Program-made: the position numbers and the translations under genes | Shown here: positions 51,101-64,000 of the stretch, piece by piece | Layout: each line of letters opens with the position of its first letter | How positions within the stretch are numbered: the stretch's first letter is position 1 | Origin: Balanoglossus misakiensis | Lineage: Eukaryota > Animalia > Hemichordata | Assembly (NCBI GenBank): GCA_040954595.2 | Contig: CM082584.2 | Span: forward strand, 8,695,146-8,759,145 | Length of the DNA: 64,000 bases | Direction: 5' to 3' | Notes under the pieces: model-generated | Seen by the model: only the letters and a program-made list of their open reading frames with translations | What the model was told of the DNA's origin: nothing | Database searches by the model: none

Positions 51101-54100
51101 TTCAATGGTGGTGTCGGAAGTGGCTTCGCCGTGGAAGTCCAGGGGTTGACTTGGAACTGTGGAAAGCATTCAGAATAAAAGTCCATTTAGCAGCAGATAA
51201 AAAACTGGCCATACATCATGTTATGCATAAATACTGCCAACAGAAGAGACCCAGAATTTGAACAAACCATGGCACACACAAAACTGTGTGCACACACAGA
51301 AAATCGCACTGGATGCATATGTAAGTGCGCATGTGTCTGAGATTGGAACCCCTCCAATGAAAATTTCACCATGCTACAAACATACCTCCTTGCTGGGTTT
51401 TCACCTTCACAATCTGCGACAGGGGCCCCTCTCCGACAGCAGTCAGCGCCGACACGCGAATGGAGTACGTTGTCAGGGTGACCAGGTCACTGATTGTTGT
51501 CAGAATGCCGGTGTCCACGTTGTGTATGTCCCACGACGACACCGGCTGGCTGGGGAAGCGGGTGTAGTAGACCCTGTAGCTGCGGATCTGACCGTTGGGA
51601 ATCTCGGGGGCCTGCCACTGGATCAGGATGGTGCTGGAACTCAGGGGTCTGGCTTGGACGTCGCGAGGCGCGGTTTGTGGAACTGCAGATTCAAATCCAC
51701 GGAGAAGGAGAGTATGAAGAGGGTGCATATTGATTGCTTCAGAAAATAGTTGAATATTTTAAAGGGACATTAGCTGTAACTTCTGGCTTTATTTTCAGTA
51801 TTTTTGTTGTGTGTACCAAAAAATTTAGGCCAGTATCTGACCTGAGACGTTTCAGCAGCGTTTCAAATGCGTGTGTGTGAACCCCACAAGATAATGTACA
51901 GGAATTATCTATCCACTGCCAGGCTTGATTTGAGTCTGAACAAACTGACTAAAAGCAAACAAAATGTGAACTTTTCACACTTGATAAGCCAAGGTAAATG
52001 ACTGTGAGTTTTTACCTAACTCTCCGGTCGTTGCTGTGGTACCCTCGCTCGGGTTGCCTTGGCCGATGTTGTTGACCGCCGAGATTTTGAACTCGTACTC
52101 CGAGTAAGGATGCAGGTTATCCACAGTGTAGGTGGTGGTCGTGATGTCAGAGATCTCGGTGTAGCTCCCAGACGAGAACTTCTGTTTGTAGTGCACGATG
52201 TACGACAGCACCGGGTCCACATTGCCAGAGTTCCAGTGCAACCGAACGGAGGTCGCTGAGATGTCACTCACAGTGGGCATTGTTGGGGGCCTCGGTAGAG
52301 CTATGGTCAAAAAAAAAGTTATACAAAATTACCAAAAGTTATACAAAATTACCAATCTATACATCAACACCTAAAGACAGATGTGCTACCTTCCACTGTG
52401 AATGATATCCATACTTTTTATTAATACATAAATTATTCCCAGTGCACCAAACCTTAACAAGTGATTCACCCCACCTTTCACGGTAACCTTGGCAACAGTC
52501 TCCAGGGTTCCCAGTTCGCTCGTCGCGATGCACGTGTAGTTGGCGGTCTCTCGGACATCCGTGAGCTCCAACACGTTTCTGCCCAGCGGCAAACTGCTCT
52601 CGTCGTTCAGATCCACGCCGTCCTTCATCCACTTGACGTAAGGCATGGGAGATCCGGCTGCCACGCACGTCAGAGAGACGCTGCCACCAGGCATGACTTC
52701 CTGGTCTTGCGGCAGAATGGTGAACTGTGGCGCTACTCGCCGCGCTGCAAGAAGAGACAACGATTTCAAAATTATTACTAGTACTTGCATCAGTTTGTCA
52801 TCTCTTGACGACGCATACCATGGAAGTTGCAGTTTGTCATCTCTTGACGACGCATCACATACCATGGAAGTTGTGTACTCTCTGTATGATGGCCGATTAA
52901 ACGGGTGCGGCTCCCGTTTAATATAGCATTTTTTGAAATTGCAATATAAAGCCACAATTGGGCACCGATAAGATGTTGATTGTCTGGGACAGCTCTACCC
53001 AGGAAAATCCACTGGACCAGAACAAAGATGACATGCTGACTGCTAAAAGAACTCTAAAGACCGACACAACCACCAAGTCAAGATGTGGTCCTAACAGAAC
53101 ACATGTGTGTGAATTTTCTACTCAGGACACATCTGTTGCTGCAACTAAAGAAGAGATCTAATTTCATCGGGTATTTTAACTGAGCGGCATGCCGAGCATC
53201 AGCTGCCAGCGTGAATACGATAAAAGAGAAGCAGAATTCCTGATGAGCACTCCTACAGAGGAAACCCTGGGCTGTCTCTTGCATACTTGGCAGAAGAGGA
53301 GGCAAAGTTCATACTTTGTAACATGTGAACAAAACAGAAGTGTGGCTGTTTTCGTGATGTGACAAAGAATGAGAGGGTAATTGACTTGTATGTGTGTGTG
53401 TGTGTGTGTGTGTGTCTGTCTGTCTGTGTGCATGCTTGACCATGAAATATAACAGAAATCATAAATTAGATATGCCTATGACTATGATATGAAACTTACT
53501 TCTGACGAAGAGGATTGCTGAGGCCGAGTACCTGGTTCCAGCTCTGTTCGACGCGATGCACTGGTACTTGCCCTGGTCGCTCTCGTCGGCATTTTCAATT
53601 CTGAGTGTGCCTAAACACAGGGAAAAAGAAGCGAAGGCAGAGAGAGAGAGTGATGAGCTGGGACAGTTCTCGATTGATCCTTGTCTTGATCGTGGCACAT
53701 GGACAGGATCAAAGAAAAAAACCAACAGTGGCACGTAATGGCATGCATTTGTGCTGTGGACACAACATGCATTATTGGTCAACCCTAGAACGGTATCCTC
53801 AACCCAGTCAAAATTTAGCAAGATTCAGCCGTTTCTGCATTTGCATGTATCGGTTTTTCCCTAGTGTACCAGAAAATAATTCTTTTTAATAGTGAATTTT
53901 ATGTTTCCTTGGTTTTGGATGCTGTAAAGTTAAACTGAATAGAATAAAATGTAAACATGGTCGTAAAATTTTTCCAAGCAGTTTTCACACACAGATCAAC
54001 TCCCAGTTGACTGTTTCAATTTGTTCGCAAATTTCTTAACTCCTCTTTTTCCTTTCTTTAACTTCCTGCTGCGGGGCTGGCTCAAAGCTTGCTAAATTTT

Positions 54101-55314
54101 GCCACATTGGCGGGAACCCAATGTAACTACGTTTTTATAAGTCTTTAAGTAAAAGAACGCACATGGTACATGCAAAATTAAAATGAAACGCTTGGTTAAC
54201 TTCAGAATGTAACGAAAGCCTCACAAAAGCATTTATCAAAGACTTGGGCATATTTATAGTTTGAATCGTAAATATAAGAGAATATAGAGTATAAATAATG
54301 TCGGAGAAATTTCTTGGGGTGTTACCATGTTGGAACGTCTCGGGACGTCCCAATGCATGCAACACAACACCAATTTACCTCGTGGGTACTGTCGAACGAC
54401 TAGAGAGAAGCAGGCAACATGGTAGTGATAATAAAAATGAGAATGTAAGAGCAGTATTAGTAGGATAGACGGGGCTAAACAGAGAGTCCCTAACCCCTCC
54501 AGATAATGCAGACCCTTCACACCCCTGCAAGAAAAGTCGACATGTCCACCACCACCGACACCAGGGAAGAAGAAGAGCGATGAGGAGACAAGTGTGAATG
54601 AATAGATGCATTTTTCTCATGGCAATAAATGTCCTAACCCTAGGAACGGATTGTCTACATTACTACATCCAGGACAAGATTTACATTGAATAATCTAGTT
54701 ATTAGAAGCATTTGTGACCTCAAATGTTCTAATAACTAAACACAGAGACATTCACAAGACAGACAACTACACACAGACCTACTTTCCTAAATGGCTTACA
54801 ACCATGTACTACTTGTCACAGTCAGCTCGCAACAACTTGTACGGCCATCTTCATTGAGGTATATTTATTAATTCACATTTGATAGATGCAATTCTCAGAA
54901 TGATTTCAAGATTTCTCGGCGGATAACAGAATAGGAAAAGGCAGCAGCTCTGAAGGCGTGTATCTGCTAAGTGTTAAATGGGGTGAAACAGTAAAATTTG
55001 CATGTTTTTTTGCAAACCACTTCTCTACATATTATAGGTGTGTACATGTACGTCACTTGATTCACCTAAGACCTCAGAGCTGCTGCCTTCTAAGACACAA
55101 CCCCCATGGCTGAATGACATGTGCATCTTACCTGCTGGTAGTTGCGAGATTCTGTTGCTACTCATATTCACGGGTACGTAATCTTTCAGCCAGGAGATGC
55201 TGGGTTCCGGGTTGCCGTCTGCCTCGCACTCCATCAGAGCCAATCGTCCCTTTTCGACGACTTTCAACGCAGGGTCTTCAATGATTACTGGAAAACCAGC
55301 TGGTAGGTCCCTCT
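36139..55314 (-). CDS. Lar: LAR-family (type IIa) receptor protein tyrosine phosphatase, PTPRF/D/S-Lar co-ortholog; 5' exons (signal peptide, Ig1) apparently lie beyond the window
   Basis: Ig2 (55132-55314, 53500-53610) and Ig3 (~52473-52744). Nine FN3 repeats (~52015 to ~42704). Furin-type RRKR (~41960). [27 protein letters not shown] (~41367-41520). D1 with [22 protein letters not shown]2 with [18 protein letters not shown]-terminus [10 protein letters not shown] (stop 36139-36141). Confidence 0.96.
37978..38071. mobile_element. 94-bp piggyBac-like MITE with TTAA TSD, family copy 3
   Basis: TTAA-CCCTTTCAC ... GTGAAAGGG-TTAA. Confidence 0.8.
42620..42696. mobile_element. Truncated copy 4 of the ~95-bp MITE family
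   Basis: GTCCAATCTTACCATGGAAAACAATGGGTTTGGACTGAACCATGGTGGTGAAA matches the copy at 8195-8289. Confidence 0.6.
46405..46462. repeat. (TATG)n microsatellite
   Basis: Read directly from the sequence. Confidence 0.93.
46922..46945 (-). CDS. Candidate 24-nt (or 21-nt) LAR microexon at the meC position in FN5 (KIDYTARQ)
   Basis: ...tctctctcgttacccatacaaag|AAGATTGACTACACTGCCCGTCAG|gtaccc. Phase 0-0, in the intron that splits FN5 (between the exon ending at 47768 and the exon 45326-45443). Confidence 0.55.
47138..47289. mobile_element. ~150-bp hAT-like MITE
   Basis: CAGGGCTTGAAATATTCACC ... GGTGAATTATTCGAGCCTTG imperfect TIRs; no clean TSD. Confidence 0.55.
52790..52872. repeat. Two-copy ~39-bp tandem duplication in a LAR intron
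   Basis: CAGTTTGTCATCTCTTGACGACGCAT(CACAT)ACCATGGAAGTTG occurs twice. Confidence 0.85.
54379..54399 (-). CDS. Candidate 21-nt LAR microexon at the meA position in Ig2 (inserts VVRQYPR)
   Basis: ...catgttgcctgcttctctctag|TCGTTCGACAGTACCCACGAG|gtaaat. Phase 1-1 and frame-preserving, between QLPA and GTLRIE. Confidence 0.72.
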
Positions 55315-58300
55315 CTGTGGGTGGAAATAATAACATACAGAAGAATTGTTAATACTCTGTGTATTCGTTCATAACTATCATCATCTTGCATTTCTGAAGT
55401 CTTCTTTCAATTTTTATATACTGGTATGTTGAGTGGTGTGTATCGTGTGAGGGAGCCATGAATGCATAAATGTATGGAGCAATATGGTTCACTCATTTCT
55501 CAAAGTAGTACATGTAGTTCTCAATCCCTGCTTCTCGAATTAGTCCATGTTGACATTGTTAAACCATACCCCTCATTGCTAATCTCTGTAGCGAACATTA
55601 CACAGGCCACAATCAGCCATTGCCATCATTCTGGCGTCACTGACACTGACATTGGCCATTGGCCGTGACAGAGCATGACGCTGGCTCTCTATCAGCTGGC
55701 GGTCGCCCGAAGGCAGACAGTCAGACTGTAAACATCGCAGGATATGATATGATATCGTAGGGCGGTGCACTATCCGAAGCCGTCCTCATTAAGAAAATCC
55801 TCTGAGAGAGTCAGCATTCTGTGAATAGCTAGGAAAGTGAATTACTCAAAGTGAACCATTCCGATTCACGTCTGAATATAGTAGATCTGACATCATCTCT
55901 CCTCACAGTCACAGAAATCATATATAACCAGCCAAACACTTTCTTTTCCCTTTATCTCATATTTGTACCTTTTTCGGTATCGCACATTTAATACTGTTCT
56001 TTTCATCAAGTGGGTGAAGATTTTTCACAATTCAACCTGGCCATAAATTTTCCTTAGCACAGTGTTTAGTTTGAAACCCAAACTGTTGAATGCAATGTTG
56101 ACTTTCTGCTGGTGATGTTGTTGTCGGGACAGCGACAAAGAAAATTATCGGACGAGAGTCAACACTCCATGCTGATGGAAAGATAATAACGGGTCAGGAA
56201 ACCTTGTTTTTCTATTTTTCCATGGTCTCTTCAAGTATACCAGGCTTGTGCAGGTGCTGTTGCTCTACAGGGCAGCTCTAAGGTTTTTATAGATATACTT
56301 GGTTAGTTTATCATGTGTCTTTACAAATGGCAACAGTATCTCCACTGAAACTGAGGGTAGGCCTGGGTAACAAGCTTTACTGAAGTCTCCAACCCGTAAT
56401 TTGTATTGACATACCAAATAAATTAGAGGAGGCAAATTGTTGGCAGCTACAGAATGTTGCACGGACCAACCACTGCCAAGGTGAATTTTAAATGCCATGT
56501 GTGATCCACTAGGTGGCAGACTCCTTTAGCTCTGTATTCTAAATCTGGCGACAATTCTGCAGGCTTGCAAAATCAGGTGCCTGGATGTGGAACCGAGCTG
56601 GTCGATCAAACCACGTGTTTAGTAAGATGTTGTCATTATTTTGTAACCACTGCACAGGTGTAATCAAAGGGTGGCTATAGATTGTGATTCTTGCATTCTT
56701 TGGGGTTCTGCTGGTTCAGCTAATATTGCAGAGCGGTCAGTGGCACAAAAACCACAAGCCAGTCAGCCACAGTCAGTCAGTCAAGTGAGTAAGACAGACA
56801 GCTGTAGTAACAACCAGTCAGTCAAAATGAGAGACAGGGCAGCTCCACACAGTGGCAACCAGTCCAATATTAACCCTACCATACAATTCTCCGCTCCATA
56901 GCATCCATTCAAGCATGTATAGCCCTTTTCATTTGGGTAACCACAATCTGCTTTCTTTGAAACCACTCTTGAAGCCCCCTTCTTTCCAATTAACCATTAC
57001 GCAAATCAATGCAATAAAGCCCCCCTTTTGGTTGAAAGGGACGTCCCAAAATTCAACCACCGATACTTTTCAAGTTCAATGACACAGAAGACCGCACCGT
57101 TTACCCAAGTGGCCGGCGCCAATTTCGGGCAAGATCGGCTTTAATTGGGCGTGCGTTTTGAGTTACCCTTTTCAAGGCAATTAATAAAAGAAATTTTCCA
57201 TATGCACTTGCAACACAAGTTGACCAGGCGTAACCCTTTGGCTGGATTACAGAATCTTCTTGAGCGTCGCAAAACACATGCTGCTTAAAACTTTAAAAGC
57301 CGATACATCCAACAATGTAGCTATTGTACCAGAATGCCATTGCTATGCAAAATGTGGCCTGGGGCTTCTCAAAATATCACATTTCAATATTTCACTTCTC
57401 ACCGCTATTTTATTTTTTCCGTGCCAGACTTCTGGGGCCAGAGAGAAATTACATGAAACTGGATTCTTTTTTTTTGTTATTTTTTACTGTTGTCTTTTAA
57501 ACCCCGGCTTTGGTTGATCTTTTGCGCTCGACGTAGGCGGTACTGTGCCCCAAAATATCTGGTTGTCATTAAATTTTGCAAAAAAGTCGGCTGAAATTAC
57601 AGATCATGCTTCCAAAATTGCTTAATCAGAAGCCAGCATTTGAGATTATTCACATTACATATTGTTGGTGGACACGACCCAGTGAAAGGAGCACGGCGGT
57701 TTAATTGATAAAAGGCCTGCTGTGATTGCTGGTGAAAAGTGATATTGACGACAGCAGAAACAAACCTATCAGCACAGCCGAAGGCTACGCAGAAATATCG
57801 CCTTGAGAAGAAAATCTGAAACTATCCAAACATCATTTTATCAATATTCCCAGGGAAAATGATACCCGCATGCTCGTTCGATTCACGTCAATTTCATCAG
57901 TATGTTGACCCCGTGAAGAAAAACAGACCTCTGGGTGGTCAATTGTATTCCTAAATGCCCCCCTCCCTCCCCCTCCTCTAAGGCAACAAGTTTTCAGAAT
58001 ACATTATTTATTTAAGAAGCCGTAATCTTACATGTGTTCAACTTTGAAATCACAGTGTCGACTATCGCAGCACAAACAGGGACCTCTTTCAAATCTCAAC
58101 TCAACAGATTTGACTACTTCTACATGCCTAATTTTATTACCAGTGATTACAGTGATAATAGAAGGGGAGGTTTTGACAATGTCTCGTATCAGGTATATAT
58201 AGAAGTTTATTGTGGACTATTCATCACTCTGTATAAAAAAGCCCACTCATGGAAGTGAACTACATGTGGTGTAAATCTAAATGTCATGAAATGTGCGCGG

Positions 58301-61300
58301 GAGTGTCCACCTGTTTGTTTTCTTGTCGTTTTGAGGTTACCATGAGCTGCCATCAGTATATTAATAACAACATACAAGAAGCACAGTGGCAGTTTTCAAA
58401 AGCTCAGCTTAACGCATGTTTTCTTTGGCATACTGCCACCTTGTGATTCAAATAGAAACAGCACAAAAACCCACTGCCCACACATTTCTCAGCAGACACA
58501 CAGTACAGTACGTAAGCAATGTAACATAACAACAGGGCTATGTCACCTTCGTCTAATCCGTTCCCAACAAAGCTCTAAACCCTGGGTTATTTTTGAAATC
58601 TAAATTAAATTTTAAAGCCACAGACAGTTAGGTTGAATTGACCAGCTACCAAAAAAGACGCACAATGATATGCGTGTCTTGTGTTGAATAGCAGTTGGCC
58701 CTTCAGTTTGCCACGTATTTATTTATTGCCCTGTGTCAAGTAAAAGGTTTGTGTACAGAACTAGCCATAATATAGGGCTGTACAGTGACATGGTAATCAT
58801 GTACCAGAATTAGAAGAAGCCCTGCACTGAATAATAAATATACAGTAGAGTGCGCTGCATGCAAGAGCAGTAAAAATACATATCTTCAGTTTCTTAGCAA
58901 TAGTATCCTACCATATGTCACTTGGCCATGGTTTTCCATTAGCAGTATCTAGGGCTCAGTTTGATGGGAAGGTTGGATGGACACTGTTCTCGGGTGGGCA
59001 TCATGCATGCATTATGTAATGTGTGCATGCATGCATGTGTGTGTGCGTGCGTGCGTCGTGCATGCGTAAATGTGCATGTAAAGAAAACCAGTTATGCCAC
59101 ACCCTTGATTCCTGGAATATCAAATACACACACCGGTTCTTTAGAAATCAGACACACAAGCTTGAAGCATTTACAGATGTAAGAGATACAGGTCACATGC
59201 CAAGGAAAAATCTTGTATCAGTGACGCTTTTAATGACCAGTTTGTCAGTACCAGTTAAATAACATATATTTCATATGATTTGATATGTCAAGCAGAGAGC
59301 AAAGTGTAATCATTTGTCAGAGCAGAGGCAGATTTGGCCGATTGAGGAAGATCATTTGGGCGTGCATAAATCTTGAGAAGGTGAGCCATTTTCTTGACTG
59401 AGCTCTCCATGGTACCCACCGAGGCATTGTCAGATTGATGGGAAATCAGCAAAGGGAAAGAGCTGATATTTTCCCAAATCCCACGGAGTCCTAAATGCCA
59501 GAAACATGCACCGATATCTCTGCTAATTTATTACATTCGCTCCAAGGTGGCCCACCTCATGCTAAGAAACCACTCTGCTCGGAGAGAGATCGTGAGAAAA
59601 GTAGCGCAGCGGTAAAGGCCAATTATCATCCAACTCAAAGCGCAGTTGCCAGGGCAACAAATTATGTCGTGTCAGAGGTCAGGTCTGGTCTCTGAGTCAT
59701 CAGTTGGATATGCACAGTGAGGTATCACAACTATTATCAAAACAGAGGGGGGTTCTGTCCTGTGGTGAACTCAACTCGGGGACGAACCAGTCCAGTTAAC
59801 TCTGACGCAACGTTGTCAAAAAATTGAATCAGTTGTCTCGTATACACCAAGTGGGCCTACGTCCTGTTCACACTATAGGGCCTTGGTGCATTTTTTCAAT
59901 CACACAGCTGCCAAAATTCAAAAGTGACGCCCAAGTTAGAGGGAGTCCCCCTTCCCCATGGCCTTCTCTTTCATGGTTACATAATGCATGATGAAACCCA
60001 GGCCTACTGTGAGTCAAAGACCTGTCAGGTCCATGGTTAGGCGCGTACTACAATGCTTATAAATAGAAGCAATGTGGTTCCTTCCTATAAATACAATTAT
60101 ATGGGTACAGGAATCCACCAAGGCTTTCCATCCAGCTGGCCGAGTTTCGACTTCTCACAAGTGCATTGTGTGTGACACGCAACGAGGTGTCATACAGGTC
60201 AAGATAATTAAGTTATATTGTATGCCGGGGACAAGAGCAGAGGCTGGGTGCTCGACTTGAATAGGTTAGCAGTGACTTCATTCCCCCTTGATTACAGGGT
60301 GGGTCTCCCGTATGGGACTTGGTTCAAAGACACCCCCCCCCCCCCTTCCTCCCCACATCCCCTGAAGGGAATACCACGATAATCTTAGCTTTTGTGGAGA
60401 CAGGAGCCTTTATTTGTAAGTAAGTTGAGAGGCTGACCAACAAGACTACAGTTACAAAGCCAAACAAAATGCCGGTCTTGCGAAAAAGCTGACGGCTTGT
60501 CGTCAAAGCACGTTCTGCAATTTGCGGAGTTTATCATTTCCCCTTCACAGCCAACTCAACTCTTCGAATCAGACACTGTCTACTCATGTCATGTTGATAG
60601 GCAATCTGAACTTATAGACGCTCTTGGAAAAAAAAAACACATCTGTAGACAAAATTGCCTCTTCATGGGTCATGAGAACCTAAGAGTAAAATCCTTTCTA
60701 AGGTAATCTTACGCCTGTGATTCTAAAACGTCCACATTCTGTCATTTTCGTACTTTGGTCTCGGCTATTGTTTTCCCCAGCGAGGCTGGACATGTTTACA
60801 GAGGAAGGGGTGGCGAGGTTAGGGGTGCGAGAATAAATTGGCTTCCCACGGAATAATCAAGCATTGCACATAACAAAATCTTTGTTAAGAGGCCCCCGTC
60901 TCTCCCCCAACACTTGCGACCGACCGCGGCCATTTTCAGCTCAATGCTATCAGATACACCTATATTCATCTCCGCTATCACCGATACGAAGCTATATCCA
61001 CCGACGTTATCGTTGATACGGGGCGAAGTGAGCCATCTCTCATTTCACGAGTAACTTGACATTCACATTAAACAGCATCGATTACGTTTCCCTCTTTGAA
61101 TTCGCATGGAATCCACTTCTCTTCTGTTTTTATTATGGCAATAATCCGCGGATGAGACTCCCTGACGGACATGCCCGGCACGACAATCAGATCTTTTTTA
61201 TGTCGGTTTTTCGGCATCATGCACGCGAGCCAACTCTGCGGTTTCACTATCCAGTGAAGCAGATCCTTTTTTATTCCCACAATGGCCACAAATACCGTCG

Positions 61301-64000
61301 TTTCTTGAGCCCTCTTGACCCCCCCCCCCCCACCCATACCGACCGTTTCAACACAAACACATCACTGGCACGGTGAGATAGGAACACCTGCACCATGAGC
61401 TGATGTTTGATGTTTGAGTTGCTGATTTTACAAAGAGATGTGGTTCTGATTAGATTTGATAGAGGTCAATGCTGCCGTGGATATATCGCACCAGATTCCT
61501 CAGATGCCATGGACAATCAAAATGTACACAGCTGAAGAACCTTGAGGAAGGAGGCAGGGCAAATGCATGCATTGTTTTCGTCACCACTGCTACCCTGCTA
61601 AACCCATGTCCATTTGTCTAAACTGGTGTTGAACGGAATTAACTTGGTTGAACTCTACAGATTCATATCAAGCTCTTGGGCTACATTTTCGTAGATGTCA
61701 CATGCCATCTACTTCATACCAGTATGCATGGATGACGAAGTCATGTCAGTACGCAACCAAGGAGTGACTTTATTCGTGACAAGGCAACAACATGACCTGT
61801 TGTCCTCCAGACGGGGTCACTGTGGTGTCCGCAAAACTGCTAACGAGGTCCAATAAATGACTATAAAAAGAATCAGGCACTGTTGCTATGTTGCGATCAG
61901 AGCACTACACCCAACATGGGCCTGCCGACGAGGATGATGACATGTCCACCAAAGAATTTTTCCTCTGCAGGGAAGATTAACCCTGTCGCTGAATTACCTT
62001 GTAGTGCACCGTTTTATACAGTGTGACACAAACCATACAAATCATTATGCACTTTGACCCAGGGCGCCCAGAGACACCCCTGCTCAAGTACAACAGACTC
62101 ATCTCTTGTTAAACTCCTTCATTTGGGAAAGGTGAAGTAGAAACATAGAAGTGCATTCGCCTACACTTTTTCTATTTCGGAACTACTTTCTAAAGGCATT
62201 TGCATCTGAATGTTCTTTTTCTTTACTGTACATTCAGGATTCCTTTTTAAATGGTTTCCAACTTGAAACATTGGAGAATGAAGACAGAAACAGAGTATAC
62301 ACACACACACAGGCACGCAAGCACGGCACACACACACACACACACACAACAAAACAAGAAGACAAAAATTCCATCATGACCTCCATCTCATAAGACTCGA
62401 ACAGACCTGTCAAAAATCCCACAAAAGAATTTCTACCAAATCAACTTGAAGCCTCTAGTCTTTCCAATAATCTGGTATTAGTAAACAGTTTTTGTTGCAC
62501 GGACCTGCTTCTAAAATTACCTTGGTGCTAATCTAGAGAGGGTAGCCTTGCAGACGGATTATTTCAGTTTAATACCTGCCAATCAAACAGCAAGGTAAAA
62601 AATTACCATATAAATTCATAACGCTCCCCCCGTCCTAGCCTTTTTACCGTTCTCACTCCAAAAGCCCTGGCAGATTTACTAACTTAATTTTGTGACCACA
62701 ACCAATGACGTCAATGTGTGCTTGCTTTCAATAACACCGACAATCGCTCTCTTTTTTTCCCCCACTCCTGTGTGAGGAAATTTCTTTAAGTGTGTGCATT
62801 CTACATTTTCTGTCTTCCTTTTACCCTCTGAAAGACGGATTCCAAATCGGCCATAGAACATCGCCTTCTGAAAAGCGCTGTAGAGACGTCAGAATGAATG
62901 CTGCTATGAGCTCAAAGGAGACACGAACAATCTGGTTTCCTTGGGGCTTCAAAACACAATTCTCTCAACCCGAGGAAACTTCCTGTCTATTCTGAACTTC
63001 TCCATACAAACAAGATCAGAGTCAACATTTAGTAATTTCTTTAGATGTTATCTTCATCTGCAGGGTAAGGTTTCTCACAGTTCTGTTTCACAGCAGAGAC
63101 AACAATCTTGAGGGGATACTGGTTGCTTGTATGTTGAACAGGTCAGTCTGTCATAGCCTGGTCTCTACTTGACCAGGTCAGTTGCCAAGAGCACACATCA
63201 AGGGACTGAAAACATCTCAACTCCAGAGCTGTGCCAATCCATTGGAGACCTACACCAACAATTTATACACAGTGAAGGTGCCATGGTCCTTCTTTCACGG
63301 TCTGAATGACCATACACTTTTCACATTGTGCCAAAATCGACGAAGGTGTCTCAATAGAAAACATCTTCGCAGTTCGCTCTGCAGAAACTCATACAATCAA
63401 CAATGAATTTCTTTTCTCACACTTATTCCTGTAGCAATCAAGCAAAACCCAGCTCGACAAGACTCAACTTTGAAATGCAGCGCGCCGGTCTCCAGAGAGA
63501 GCCAGGCTGAGAAAAAGCGAAGCAATCATTTCACTGGTACTCTGAGGTTAACGTACTGTGACCCCTGGCCCAGCGTGCCAACACAAGAAATCTAGATAAT
63601 GTTACACGGGTGCCCTGTAGCATAATAAAACATTACATTCAAAAACTCTAAAATGCGGCACCCCGACTTCTCCAATCAATTACCATACTGAACCCAAGTT
63701 ACAAATTTGACTGACTACTTGAATCAGTGAGATTTAGGCGATGAGGATGTACAGTAGACGAAACATTTCCAAGACTGAAGACCAAATAACTGTAAATCCT
63801 TCTATATACGGCTCCCTTGCTCTTTATGTATGTATGTGTGTGTCTATATACATGCATCATTTATGTGTATGTGTGTGTCTATACATGTATCATATGTGCA
63901 TGTATCTATAGACTCACATACACACAATTTTTTACCAGAATGTCACCATCCAATCTCCCTGTAACTGATTAATCCTTCAACAAATAAATAACAACACTTA

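Noticed and set aside
52745-53499. meB-equivalent microexon between Ig2 and Ig3
   Set aside because: The only AG/GT-bounded 27-nt candidate noticed (~53287-53313) introduces an in-frame TGA; no convincing exon was found.
55315-64000. Short ORFs or nested genes in the large LAR intron
   Set aside because: No recognisable domains, transposase/RT motifs or Ig1 exon were seen; treated as intron.

Overview
Eukaryotic, intron-rich animal DNA, probably a marine invertebrate deuterostome (hemichordate/echinoderm-like; this is inference only). From left to right: (1) the edge of an 87/88-bp satellite array (1-~2555); (2) a rhodopsin-class GPCR with an intronless CDS and an NRY motif; (3) a two-exon relic of a second sulfatase; (4) an intact 15-exon, N-terminally membrane-anchored ARSB-like sulfatase that keeps CxPxR but has lost two conserved active-site residues (equivalents of ARSB His242->Ala and Lys318->Gly); (5) five two-exon type II Golgi sulfotransferases (Sulfotransfer_2, HS6ST-like motifs), three on minus and two on plus, showing a recent tandem duplication and a gene-conversion tract; (6) the 3' part of a LAR-family receptor tyrosine phosphatase (Ig2, Ig3, 9 FN3, TM, D1, D2), with candidate microexons at the vertebrate meA and meC positions. 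Several small non-autonomous transposons and palindromes are present. The best candidate for an undescribed system is a linked sulfation cluster: diversified sulfotransferases plus an atypical sulfatase, next to a receptor family known to bind sulfated glycosaminoglycans. All gene models were spliced by hand from GT-AG sites and reading-frame continuity; no database searches were run.
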